Positions 12,249 to 24,535 of a stretch of DNA of 64,000 bases are shown piece after piece. The first letter of the stretch is position 1. The number at the start of each line of letters is the position of its first letter. Below the pieces are notes generated by a model. The model did no database searches and was not told where the DNA came from. It worked only from the letters and a program-made list of their open reading frames with translations. The DNA comes from Camelus dromedarius (taxonomy: Eukaryota), in NCBI RefSeq assembly GCF_036321535.1, contig NC_087436.1:14818001-14882000 (forward strand), written 5' to 3'. A program made the translations under genes and the position numbers.

Positions 12249-12383
12249 TGCAGGATACCACCCGCGTGGGCCAGTTTTCCATCCAGACCCAAGCCCTGCG
12301 CAGCACCTACACTAGCTGTTTCCTTTGTGAGAGAAGAATCTACCCACAGAGACCCGTCCAGGTCGACCCTACGCTGTGATCAC
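12249..12383 (+). pseudogene. pseudo-exon (1->1): QDTTRVGQFSIQTQALRSTYTSCFLCERRIYPQRPVQVDPTL*S
   Basis: atttcag acceptor; gtaggg donor; protein-like composition. Confidence 0.65.
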
Positions 12384-13059
12384 GTAGGGTCCTTCCCGGC
12401 AAGGCCCTGCCCCCTCCCGGCCCTGCCTACCCATGGGCAACATGGCCCCAGGGTGGGCTCGCTCTTCCGCTCTGACAAGCAGTCATCTGTCTTGGAGCAC
12501 AGGCTCTAATTATCCCTGCCATTAGCCTGCCCAGCAGGACTGCAGATGTTATTAATGGTCATGAAATTAGCCAGTGCCTTTCAAAACTCCAGAGCCAGTC
12601 CGTGTTTGTCCCTGTGACCTCTCACAGCCCTTGGTTTCTTTGTTCATTTTGCTGCAATATTGAACCTTAACCCTGAGCATAAAACAGAAAATTAGGAGGA
12701 GACTGAAACTCTCCCCCATTTTTTTCTCACCTCATCAGCCCCCGAACCCCCTATTTATTTTGAGATCAAACTCAAAACTTTGCCTCGTTGCTAGACTGTT
12801 TATTTGCAGGTAACTCCTGAGTACATGAATGTGCCAATCTCCCCAGCCCCTCCTCATCTTTTGTCAAAAAGTAAAAGTAACTTGTTCATCCTTATTATAA
12901 AATCAATATATTTTCATGGTTGGAAAATTAGAGAAATGCCAAAAAAAGAAGAAAAATCCATTATCTCACCTTCCAGAGAGAAACACAGTTAAAATTTTAT
13001 GCTATATCTTTACCAACTTTTCTATGCAGATAGATATGAGATGAAACTGTTATGATGTT

Positions 13060-13300
13060 AATAACAACTAACGTTTATTGACTTCTCATTATGTAACAGA
13101 CACTGTTCAGACTGATTTTCTGTGTATGAATTCATTGAATAACTTCAAGAATCCTATGAGACAGGTTTAATTTCTAGTTCCATTTTGCAGATGGGGAAAC
13201 TGAAGCATGGAGAGGTTAAAAATATTGCCCAAAGCCTCATCGCTATTTAAGAGGAAGAGGTAAGATCTCAGCTGAGCAGTCTGGCTCTAGGCGCTGAACT
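13060..13300 (-). mobile_element. MIR SINE
   Basis: ccattttgcagatggggaaactgaagcatggagaggttaaa core. Confidence 0.75.
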
Positions 13301-14126
13301 CTTTTTTTTTAAATTGAAGCATGATCAGTGTACAATGTTGTGTCAATTTCTGGTGTACAGCATAATAGTTAAATGATGTGCTACACCATTATCTAACTTA
13401 CCTTTAAACTTCAATAAACTCTCAGTATCCTTCCATGTTAATCTTAATCCACCAGCCAATTTTGAATAATTTTGGGGACTGAATTAGAATTCAAAATCTG
13501 GATATGCTGGAACTTTCTTTAGGCAAACATTAGAGCTTCTTTCCTTTCCCTCTCTTTAGTTTTATTTTGTTTTATTGCTACAATTGACAACATGTGGATT
13601 ATTTTAAAATGAGATACTCCTTCAGGAATAGGACTTAAGGGAAAACAAAAAATGGAAACAATGAGAATAGAGTTCAGTTTATTTCATGCTTGTAAGTGAT
13701 AGTTTGATTTCCTCCTTGGTTCCTTGATTTCTAAGAGATAATTATCTACTTTAAAAAATAATAATAATTATTGGGCACTTTCTTTGTGTCAGCCACCCCC
13801 ATGTGTGCTGTTTAAGCACTGATATTTATTCCAAGTAACCAGGTTCTGGTGAAGTCAGGGACATTGAAGGAACAAGGCTTTTTAGGGCTGTCTCTTCCTG
13901 TTATATGCTGTCTTCTTTTTCTAGTTATTCCCACCTAAGCACCAGCCTTTTCTTTTCATCTTCTTTCTCTTTTCTTTTCTTTCCCCTTCCTCCCTACCTT
14001 CCTTCCTTTTCCCCCCTCTGTTCTTGAATATTCTGTCCTTTCCTTCATCTGGAAATTCTTCAACTGTGAGTATCCAGAAACACTAGTGCAGATTCAATCT
14101 CATTCCTGTTCTGGAAGGACATTCTT

Positions 14127-14282
14127 TTTTTGTGTTTGTTTGTTTTTGTTTGTTTGTTTGTTTTGGGGGGGAGGTAATTAGGTTTATTCATTTATTTACT
14201 TTTAAGAGGAGGTATTGAGGACTGAACCTAGGACCTTGTGCATGCTAAGCATGCACTCTACCACTGAGCTATACCTTCCCCC
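14127..14282 (-). mobile_element. tRNA-derived SINE (camelid vic-1-like) with (TTTG)n tail
   Basis: TSD gaaggacattctt on both sides. Confidence 0.9.
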
Positions 14283-14981
14283 TTGAAGGACATTCTTGGC
14301 ATGCCATTTTCCCCTCATCTGAGTTGGAGATGAAGCCTATATTTGGCCAGTAAATCCACCTTGGCAGGATCCAGTTAGAATGTTTAGCTGATTGCGAGCA
14401 GGTCTGTGTAAAATGTGTTTGAATTGGCCTCTGGCTGATAGAATGGGCTAAAGGCTGTCCAGCTTCATTAGACGTTCATCCTTCCATGAGTGAGGGTGCA
14501 ACCCAGGTTCCAGACAAGTCACTGAGTAGTAACATGCAGGCAGAGGCCATGTCTGTTTATTCATTTTTCTACTCCGTGCAGTGATGTCTTGCACACGGGA
14601 GACATTGGATAACTATGTATGACGTTGGCAAGGAAGTCTCAGGAGATCTGGGTCCTAGTTTCAGATCCACTGCAGATTAGCTGTTGGAGAGGAACAGGGG
14701 AATAAATGACCAACCACTCTGCCCCTCAGTGGCTTCACACATATTACCCTCTTAGGACATCTTGGAGACCCAGTAAAACTGTCCTTGAAGAGCTTTCATT
14801 TGTATAGAATTGTTTTATAGGTTTTAAAAGGGAATAGCTTTCAGGATGAAGAGTAAAAAATATTGACTCTCTTATCTTGAAAGACACAATTTTAATTCTG
14901 AAGAATTATGCAGGGCAAATAGGCGATCACTTTGATGTTGCCTGACATAATCTCTTTTCCCCATTTTGCCATACATTACAG

Positions 14982-15087
14982 ATGACAGTTACATGTAGGC
15001 TACGCTCCCACGGGTGACCCAGTGTGAGAATTATGGGCTAGGACAAGGATAAGGGAGACTGTGGGATTGTGTATAATTCTCAGTCTA
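14982..15087 (+). pseudogene. candidate pseudo-exon: DSYM*ATLPRVTQ...
   Basis: Pyrimidine tract + tacag acceptor; phase-1 start fits the previous exon; 3' end uncertain. Confidence 0.4.
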
Positions 15088-15152
15088 GTACCTACAACCC
15101 CAGCCTTCTCTTCCATTGAACAAAAGATATTGACTAAGACATTTTTCAAAAC

Positions 15153-15772
15153 TGATACAGGAAAAATGAATGTGGTGTGAGAGGATGGCCATGTCCTAGG
15201 TCTTGGCTGAGTCTGGGATGTGCCCCACCAAGTGGGGGTCCTTGGCTTCATGCAGGAAAGAATTCAAGAGCGAGCCACAGTTGAATAAAGGTAGACTTAT
15301 TCAGAGAGATACATGCTCCATAGACAGAATACAGGCTGTCTCAGAAGGCAAGAGAAAGGCCATGAGGTGTGGGAGTTGGGTGCTCAGCTTAAAGTAAAGG
15401 GAGATGCACACTCCATAGACAGAGTGTGGTCCATCTCACCTAAAAGGGAGAGCAGCCATGAGGTGTGGGGGCTGTTAGTTTGGGCTCAGTAACTTCATAT
15501 GCTAACAAGTGGGAGGATTATTTCAGCTACTTTGGGGAGGGGGTGGCAATTCCCAAGAATTGGGCCACTACCCACTTTTTGACCTTTTATGGTTGGCCCT
15601 GGAATTCTCATGGCCCTGTGGGAGTGCCATTTATCGTGCTAATATATTACAGTGAGCGGATAATGAAGGTCAGGGTCTACTAGGGATCAAATCTCCCACT
15701 TTTTGCTGCCCTGGTATTAATTGCTGTGTTATTTCTTAAAGCACTGTGCCCTGCCCCTTCCTGCCCGTCTCA
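15153..15772 (-). mobile_element. ERV solo LTR, copy 2
   Basis: tgatacagg...ccgtctca; near-TSD aaac/aagc; inserted into an older L1. Confidence 0.85.
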
Positions 15773-16880
15773 AAGCTACCATAATAAAACTGTGGGGTAG
15801 GGGTGCAGACACAGGCAAAATGACCAAAGAGACTGACATGTTTCCATCAGAAACTGGTACCTAGTAAAGCTTCTTCCCAAACCAGTTAGGAGAAGATGGA
15901 TCATTTAGTGGATGGTACTGAGAAAACTGATTCACCATGGGGGAAAAAAAAGTTGGATTCCCATCTTACAACATATGTAAAAATAAATTCCAAATGCATT
16001 CAAGACCTAAGACAAAAAGGGAAAAGATACACATTTTATAGAGGAGTATGTAGAAGAATATCTTTGCGGTTCTGGGGTTTGAAGGAAATTTCTTAACCAA
16101 GACCCAAAGAACATAAACCATAAGTGGAAAATTGATGGGTCTGAGTACATCAAAAGTAAAGATTTCAGCTCAAAACAGTTAACCTATATGACAGATGGCA
16201 CTGGGGAGAGATGTTTGCAGAGTCCAAAAATCAATAAGGAATTAATGCCCCCAAGAAACTCCTGCAAGTTGGCAAGAAAAACAGAGGAAGCTCACATAGG
16301 AAAAATATGGGTCAAGGATGTAGGCAGTTCAGAGAAGAAATGCAAATAGCTAATAAGCATATGAAGAGATATTCACTTCACTAGTAATCAGAGAAATGCG
16401 AATTTAAATTACAATGTGATCCACTTTAAAATTATCACATTGTCAAAAATTGGAAATCTTTTAAATATCAAGCGAGGAAAGGCATGTAGGGAAATAGAAA
16501 GCCTCTCGAACTTCTGGAGGGAATGTCCTTTGCCTCGGCAACCCTGCTCCTTGTGCAAACTCCAGAGACAGGCTGGCACAAATCCGTGAGGGGACAGCTC
16601 TGTGCATGTTCCTTGCAGCAAAGAAGTGGAGTCAACCAGGAGTCCATTGCTAGGACAAGGGCAAATGCGGTTACATGTAAGCCATCAGCTGTAATAATTA
16701 GACTCACAGCTACAACAAGGGTGGATTGCAAAAGCATAGAACTGGATTTTTTAAAAAAGTAAGCAAAGGAATGAGATCTTTAGCACATTGCTTTTTGCAG
16801 TTAGACACACACAGACATAAAGCAATACCATGTATGTTTCAAGTAGGTTTATACATATGTCTAAATCAAAATAGGAGTGA
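15773..16880 (+). mobile_element. Old LINE-1 (L1M-type) ORF2 end / 3'UTR
   Basis: PWGKKKLDSHLTTYVKINSKCIQDL resembles the ORF2 C-terminus; cactagtaatcagagaaatgc motif. Confidence 0.75.
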
Positions 16881-17125
16881 GGAGGACTGGAGTGGGGGTC
16901 AGGACATAGGAGAGAAAGCCACTGTAAGATAAAAGAGGGACCTTTTGTGGATTGATGAATGCACCATGAACTTAAGAGTAGAACTAATTTAACTCTGTGA
17001 TCCAAAAGAGAAGAAGAAAAGGAAGTGAAAACAAATTGGAACCTGGGTAATAACCTTGAGATATTCTGTTTATATGCTGTGTAATAAATCATTGATAAAC
17101 TTCAATTCTTCATTATTTGTAATAG

Positions 17126-17301
17126 ATTATTTGCCACACAATTCCCAGCTGTCGGGTCCCCAGGGCTGAGAGCCAGAGGAAGAGTGGTCTGTATTCAAAT
17201 TCTTTGCCTAACATAATCCCGCAGAGGTGAATGCAGCTATAAAAACCGAAGAGAGGCTACTGCACTATTCGAAACAAAATGAGGAGAAAGATTTGGAAAA
17301 G
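17126..17301 (+). pseudogene. pseudo-exon: YLPHNSQLSGPQG*EPEEEWSVFKFFA*HNPAEVECSYKNRREATALFETK*GERFGK (frame ambiguous)
   Basis: Acceptor ttgtaatag (or ttcccag at 17148); aag|gtttgc donor; an alternative frame is stop-free (…SGLYSNSLPNIIPQRWNAAIKTEERLLHYSKQNEEKDLEK). Confidence 0.6.
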
Positions 17302-18073
17302 GTTTGCAATTATTATTCCATAAAGACTGAGTCTGACTACCTCCTCCATATTTTATTTCCTCCTTTCAATATTTAAAATCTTCCCCTTATATGTGTAGAA
17401 TGAAAAGCAGAAATCTAAACAGATCTAACATTTTCTCCCGAGTTCCCAGAGCCCACTTCACTTGGATGTCAGACTCTAAAATTCCTAATACAAATGAGCA
17501 GGAGACAAAATCATTTTGTGGGATTCTGAAATGAAGTATTTCAGTGGAACACAGAGAAACAGTTAAATTTTGCAAAGCTGTGAAACTGGAGAGGGGGCTG
17601 GCCTCAAAATCTACCAACCAGAGACCTGGAAGGAATTGCTTGCTTGAGATTCATTTCTCTCTCTCTCTCCGTTCCCCCTCTATTTGCACCAAACTTGCCT
17701 GTCGATTTCATCAAAGAGATACTTGAACAGATTTCCTAATCTGCTCCCATTCCAAATTGATCAGTTAATTAGGTTGATCTCTGTGAGCTTGTTATAGAAC
17801 CAGGTCTTTTCCTTTCATGTTCTGGGGGCTCAGTGAACTCCCTTCACTGTGGTGTGCTTCTTAGAGGCATCCAGGAAGACGAGCATCCCTTACTAATATT
17901 TTATCCTGCACACAAATGCATTTTATTCAATGTGAATTTGTAATTTTTTTTTAGCATATTATTGCAAGTGCATTGTGCAACCCCTTACTTCTGGGTCAGA
18001 ATTGAGTGGGTTTCTGTTTCTTATTTATTTATGATTCATCATTTTAAAATATGAAATTCTTTGTCTCGTACAG

Positions 18074-18120
18074 GATTGCCATTGATTTACTTCATATATT
18101 TGCTTTGAGGATCAGAATTG
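18074..18120 (+). pseudogene. pseudo-exon, 47 nt (frame ambiguous)
   Basis: tttgtctcgtacag acceptor; ttg|gtaaat donor. Confidence 0.6.
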
Positions 18121-18161
18121 GTAAATAACATGGATGTGTCTTGTGGTAATTGACCATGAGG

Positions 18162-18162
<1 letters not shown>

Positions 18163-18204
<42 letters not shown>

Positions 18205-18212
18205 TGTGTGTG
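18163..18212. repeat. (TG)n microsatellite
   Basis: Seen directly. Confidence 0.95.
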
Positions 18213-18615
18213 GCTTGCGGCTGCTGGGTGAGGTCACTCCTTGGGTCTAAACACATGGGCATTGTTAATGACCAGAAGTACTCTAGGAGGAAGTGGGGCT
18301 GGTGTCCTGGGTACCATCTAACTCCCTCAGAGGGGCTCCAACCACTTGCAGACCATTATCTCATTAGTTCTCAAAATATCCCAGTGAGGAAGAAGGGAAG
18401 GGAGATGCTGATAGATAATGAAATGCTATTAAGCACTTTGCTAATGAAATAATCACTTCCTTTGCCCCACCCCCAAATCCCCAAGCCCAGATGCAGAAAC
18501 TGAGGCAGAGGGAGCCGACCTTGCTGACCCAGGATCCCCAAAGAGAGTGAGAGCGAAAGCAAGAAGCAGGAATGGGAGGCTGTCACCTGGAAAGCTGATA
18601 GAACTGTTTTTTAAG

Positions 18616-18688
18616 GAAATCTGTGGAGAAGGGCTCCTTCCCTCACCCAAGATGACAGCAACCTTTTATTTCTAAACCAGCACTGGAT
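18616..18688 (+). pseudogene. pseudo-exon, 73 nt (frame ambiguous)
   Basis: tgttttttaag acceptor; gtgagt donor. Confidence 0.6.
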
Positions 18689-19755
18689 GTGAGTAGCAGG
18701 AAAGTCAGAAATGTGCTGGGAAGAGGGCTGGGCCCTGGGCCAAGATAAAGCCACAGATAGTCTCTTGGAAGCGGGCACTTGGGGTGCAGGTGGCCTCTTC
18801 TGCTGACTCAGGACTTCCCTGAGAAGTACGACGCAATTCGGTCTGTGTCTTTATAGATGCACACAGCACACACTAGACTGACCTCATTTTGCCTAATTCC
18901 TCAGATTTCTACCAAAGCCTTTGAGGCTATTTTCTTAAAGAAGTGCTTTGATAAGGACTTGGATTTTTAAATAAGCTGAGTTGGTTTAAGCTTCTTCTCT
19001 GCTTTGAAATTATGAATTATCTTATGGAAAAGTGTTTTGAGAGTCACCTAAGAGGACATTTCTGGGTCCATTCTTTTACCTGTGGAACTCCCAGTCTCCA
19101 CCCTCACGACACCACTGGCTCCGGCCCTTCTCAGAGGTCCCCTGTGTTCCTCTGTACAGATTTCTTGCCTTTACACTCCCTCCTCTAGGCTCCATGACAT
19201 CCTCCTTCTCCGGAGGAGAGGGATTAAGGTGCAAATGGCTGGTAAGACATAGGTCAAAGGAATAAATCTTTAATTGTGGAACAGTAGGCCTGAGTGAGAA
19301 TTTGTGAGAAGAGGGAGTTTTATGGCATTCCATCAGTCACCTCCTTGGAAAGGTCAACCCCACCAGGAAAAGACAGCCTTGTTCCTAACAAAACACAGGT
19401 GCGACTGTTTCCCAGTTGGAGTCAGCCTCTTCGACATGTTGAAAGGTGTTAATGAGAATGAATAGCGTCAAATTCGTTCGTTCATTCAATCATTCATTCA
19501 GCAGACACAAAAAATGAGTACGTGATAGCCCCTCAGACCAGGGAGCTCACAGACATGGAAACAAATTATTGCTGTGCAATAGTGAGAAGCATAACAGAGG
19601 CAGAGAAAGCAGACATTTCTAACATAAGAGTGGCAGTGTTCAATGAGTTTACAGATCATCAAAACTCAAGAAGACATTTCTATGCCCCAAGTCCTAGGTA
19701 AGGCTGGCAGGAGTAATATTTAGTGGCTATAAATAGATGGTCCAGGATAGGTTTA

Positions 19756-19901
19756 TTTATTTTATTTTGGGATTTTTTTTTTGGGGGGGGGATTAGGTTT
19801 ATTTATTTATTTATTTATTTTTATAGGCAGTACTGGGAATTAAACTTAGGTCATCGTGCATGCTAAGCTTGCACTCTACCACTGAGCTATACCCTCCCTA
19901 C
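19756..19901 (-). mobile_element. tRNA-derived SINE (camelid vic-1-like)
   Basis: TSD ccag(g/a)ataggttta. Confidence 0.9.
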
Positions 19902-19958
19902 CCAGAATAGGTTTAAAAAGACCAATGGAATAATTCAGGATTGAAGCCATCTGTTGCC

Positions 19959-20103
19959 GGAGGAGGGTATAACTCAGTGGTAGATCTCGTGCTTAGCATG
20001 CACAGTGTCCTAGGTTCAATCCCCAGTACCTTCACTGAAATAAATAAATAAAAAAAAAACTTAATTACCTCCCCCAAAAATGTAAAATTAAAAAAAATTT
20101 TTT
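19959..20103 (+). mobile_element. tRNA-derived SINE (camelid vic-1-like)
   Basis: gagggtataactcagtggtaga...ggttcaatccccagtacc; TSD aag(c/a)catctgt. Confidence 0.9.
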
Positions 20104-20124
20104 AACAAGACATCTGTGGCTATG

Positions 20125-20380
20125 ACCTGGTGGGCAGGAGTACAGACTATGAAATTGGGTGGACCCGTGTCCCAATCATGCCTCTATCATTTATTCTTTC
20201 TATGATCATGGACAAATGTCACCTCTCTGTGTCTCTGTGTCCTCATCTGTAGAATGAAAGTAATAAATAGGTCCTGTCCAAAAACGTTGGCGGATTAAAT
20301 GAAATCGTATGTTTCAAGTGCTTAGAAACTTGCTTGGCAAAAAATCAGCACTCAGTGAGACTGAACAACTATTATCGTTA
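20125..20380 (+). mobile_element. MIR SINE
   Basis: cctctctgtgtctctgtgtcctcatctgtagaatga...ggattaaatga. Confidence 0.7.
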
Positions 20381-20539
20381 CTCTGAAAAGGACTCCTTTC
20401 TGAGAAAGCAAAATGAAAGATCGCAAACTTTTATTTTCCAGCTTTTCCAGCTGCAATCAGTGGTTTTCTGATAAACTCATTGGATTGCCTACTGGTCTCC
20501 CAGGGGATAAGAGGCAACAAGGCAAATCATTGCTTTCAG

Positions 20540-21369
20540 ACTTGATATTCTGCCCAAAAGAAAGTGGACGCCACTTGTGTCACCCCAGGGTTCTTGATCA
20601 GCAAGAAGAGAAAACCCGGTTCTGCTTGGACACACACCCCGAGCAGGGTGCATGCCATGAAGCCTTCAGGAAAACAGCCCACTGTGTGCTTCCGTGACAT
20701 GTGACCCTTCCAGGGAGGACCTCTCCTGACAGTGAGACGCTCTCAGAAATGAGCTCATCTCTGCCATCACAACAGGTTCCGAGGAGGAAGGAAGGGGCGA
20801 AGTATTGAAAGAATCCAAGGTAGCTGTGATGGACTTGATGATCCCAAACTTTAAAAAGACTCTTGCATAAGATTGAGAAAAAGCACGCAACCAAGAGTGA
20901 TTACAAGAGGCGTGTTGGGGGGAGGTGAGCTGAGGCTTGCAAAACACTTGTAAAGCTCACAAGGGACTTACAGATGTTCCAGATAAGATCAGGGAGGGAG
21001 AGACGGAGCTTACAGCTGCTGGTGAAATTGCAGCTTGGTGGCCAAAGGAGGCAGAGTTCAGAGAGACCAACTTCCGTCTGATTTCTCTGACAAAGAGAAT
21101 GGCGGGATAGAAGGCAGAGAGAACGAGCACTGGCCGGTCACTGTGGAAGCCGACCAGCTTTGGAGAAAAGTGCAGCTACTCTGAATTCAGATTTCAGTGA
21201 ATTATGTTGCAAGTTCCTGGGGCAACTTGCAGATGAGCTTGTGCAGTCATTCCTGGTCGAAATGGGAAGAATCTTAGAGAAGAGGAGTTGTGTTGGAAGA
21301 AGATGCTGGCCAGCATGTGTGTTTCTGTTTCAGAATGGAGAGGAAGTTGATTTTACAGGGTACAGACAG
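20540..21369 (+). pseudogene. large degraded pseudo-exon (or two exons) with a PAZ-like segment: ...VMDLMIPNFKKTLA...//...DFSELCCKFLGQLADELVQSFLVEMGRILEKRSCVGRRCWPACVFLFQNGEEVDFTGYRQ
   Basis: ttgctttcag acceptor; cag|gtaagc donor; purine-rich non-repeat sequence with several stops and frameshifts; possible internal donor gtgagc near 20925. Confidence 0.65.
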
Positions 21370-22079
21370 GTAAGCGGATTGTCCATCTTGGATAAGAGTT
21401 GGATATGGAAGGGTTAATTTGTGAGCACTTTGAAGAGAATGTGGGATCTTTGGAACACAGCACAGGGTGACAAGGAGCTCATCCCCCTCCTCTTTCCCTT
21501 CCTGTCCCTCCCCCTCCTCCCTCCCTATCCTCCTTCTGCCCTTCCCCCTCCACTTTCCTTTGGAATTCTTGTGCCAAAGTCCTGAGAAATCAACTGGTGA
21601 GAGGGAAACATGGCAGCAGAGTATGTCACTGTCATTTCTAGGATCCACTCTATAATAAGGATGCAGACAAAGTTCCAAGGAGAGGCAACCAACAACCACA
21701 TTACCCGGGGAATAAGCTGGGGATGTCGGGCTGGTGTGAGCACCAGTCAGCTGCGGAGGCCACCCTGACTGGTGCTCACACACTGGAGGGCCATCAGGTG
21801 GGAGCACACGTCTGCTATTTCCCTAGGACCCTGGCTTTCCAACTTGCCTGGCTGTTACCTACACTAAGAGTGACATTCGATATCTCAACCCAGAGTACAC
21901 ATAAACTCACGCATGTAAGAGACAAGCCTTTCAGAAAAATTATTAGTTTTACTATATTCAATTTATTTTTATATTTTCTATTCTACCCCATCCTATCCTC
22001 TTCTAGTCTATTCTGTCTTGTTCTACTTATTCTATTCTTTTCTTTTTTTGTAAAAAATGCTTGTTGGGTGCAAATGACA

Positions 22080-22690
22080 TTTAAAAAATCCCTGCCCTCG
22101 TGGAATTTACAGATGACTCACAACAAGCACATTAATGATGGATGGATTCTGACTGTGGCGAGTACAGAGAACCCCGAGAGGGTGCCAGTCGAGTGCAAGA
22201 GTCAGAGATGTGTCCCTGAGGAGGTGGCATTAAGACTGCCACCTGAAGGGTGAGTATGGCTGGTTGCAAGGAGAGGGGGCGAGGAGATCGGAAAGGAACA
22301 TTCCAGACAGAAGAAACAGCAAGCATCTGGGGATATGAAAGAAATTCAGGCTGCTGGGATGCAGAGGGGGAGGGAGGGAACTGATCCCACATGGTCAAGA
22401 AGTGGGATTTGATACTAGGAGCAAGGCGAACCATTAGAGGGTTACTGAGGTACAAAAAGACATAGAGATAGAGAGAGATTTAGAGACATAAAGAGAGATG
22501 GAGAGATAGAGGAATATCGAGACAGAGAGACGGGATTTGAGAGATGTGTGGGATGCAAAATCCGCATGACCAGATGGGAGGATGAGCTGGAGGGAGGAGG
22601 CAAGGAAGACCCCCGCGTTTCCATCTTGAGCAGTCGGTGGTGCCATGCCGATGAGGCAGGGCAGGGAAGGAGTCCTATTCATGGAGACAA
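22080..22690 (-). mobile_element. LINE-2 fragment with GA-rich insert
   Basis: ccctgccctcgtggaatttacag, gaggaggtggcatt, gaacattccagacagaagaaacagc motifs. Confidence 0.65.
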
Positions 22691-24215
22691 GGCGCAGAGG
22701 ACACAGAGCCACGAGTGGGGGGAGACGGGGTCAGTTGGGGACATCTTTGCTCATGTAGCTTCATCTCCTCAAAATACCACCAGCCCACTTGTCTGCTGGG
22801 AGCACACCTGCTTCTCCGCCAACACCCAGGAAGCCTGTCTCAACACTCGTCTTTGCCAGACAGGAGTGCTCTCCACTCTGTGACCCAATTCTTCCTTCGA
22901 AATTTTTGATAACTTCCTCAGCCACACTTCATCACACTGGTTTCTTTGTCTGTAATAACAATAAAAATAGTAGTACCCACGGGAACTTCTGCCAGCCCGT
23001 TACACCTGCTGTCTCATTTAATCTTCACGACAGCCTTTTATGGTCAATATCATTACTCTCCCCATTTCATTGGGAAACTGACACGGGGGCAGGTCAGGTC
23101 ACTTCCCCAGCAGGCGTGGCACTGCTGGCCCAGGGTCTGGGCAGAGCTCGGATCCAAGCCCAGGTGATCTGGCTTCTGGGTCCACACTCTTATTCATTGT
23201 GTGTGTCTTGTTTTCCACTGGATTGTAGACCTTGAAGTTAGGAACCATGTAATAGTACTTTTTTTTTTTTTTAAAGAAACACACACTTTGAGAGCTTTAA
23301 AGAAACGAAATAAGAAAAACGCAACTGCAACTTGTAAAGAAAACCAAAGTGAGTGGTTATCTAGATTTTTTTTCTATGAATCCCAGAAATTTTGTGATTT
23401 GCAAATCAAGATGTTTTCATAGAATTCTTGAGTTAGATCTGGTCCTGCTCCCTAATTTTAAAGATGAGGAGATTGAGGACCCACCAAAAGGTTAAGTGCC
23501 CAAGGCCAGAGTGTGTGGCAAGGCTGAAGAGTGGGGCCAGGTGCTGCCTGTTTCTGATTGTGACTCCAGTGCCCTTGAGTGAGCGGTGGGTGTTCCGCTC
23601 TGCCTGTAACCTACCCTCAACCTAGGGCCCCGTATTCTCCCGGGTGAACCTTTTACTGCAGGCACATGGTCACTAGAATGTAATCTACACCAGGGTGGGG
23701 ATCCTTGTTTTGTCTGCTGATGTAACCTGGTACCTGGAATCAGCCTGCCTCATTGTCGACACTCTAAGTACACAGTGAATGAACCACTGGGTTCTCTAAA
23801 CACATCTCTAGGTTTTCTGACTCCACGGCTTTAAATGGAATGTTTTTGTGCTAAAACAAGCAAACAAACAAAAAACCCCCAAACAAAAAGCAAACAACCT
23901 CTTAATTCTCTCCAACTCTCCAAAACCTATCCCATTCTTTAAGTTCAAGTTCAAATTTCTTTTTGTGAAATCTTTCCAAAATGTTGTCTTTCCTTCCTCT
24001 GAATTCATATGGTGTCTCTATGTATTTTTTGTTTGGTGATGAGAACATTTAAGATCTAGTCTCTTACTGTTTTTTTTTTTTAACCTGCCCAGTGCCCAGC
24101 ACAGCACCTGGGCACCATCATAAGTCCTTAAAAAGGTTTGCTAGGATGGATCAATGACATGAAAACATTGTTCACCCGTTTAAAGAGGGGTTGGGATTGC
24201 TCATGTAACTCTAAA

Positions 24216-24535
24216 GTGGGTCGGCAAAATTTCTCTGTGGAAGGACAGAGTAAATATCTTAGGCTTTGCATGCTGTGAGGTGTCTGTAGCAATCATTCAA
24301 AGCTGCCATGTAGTGTAGAAGCAGCCACAGAAAATAGGAAAATGCCTATGTTTCAGTAAAACTTTATTTGTGGATATTGATGTTTGAATTTCATATAATT
24401 CTCATATGTCATAAAATGCTATTTAAAATTTAAAAAGAACTATTTAAAGATGTAAAAACCATTCTTAGCCCTCAGACTGCAAAAACCTAGCATTGGTGCA
24501 GATTTGACCCGCGGGCCGTAGTTTGCAAACCCCTG
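24216..24535. mobile_element. hAT-Charlie DNA transposon (MER58-like)
   Basis: gggtcggcaaaattt...gatttgacccgcgggccgtagtttgcaaacccctg ends. Confidence 0.75.

Noticed and set aside
10684..15772. Full-length provirus between paired LTRs
   Set aside because: No gag/pol/env or shared TSD, and the interior contains older host sequence.
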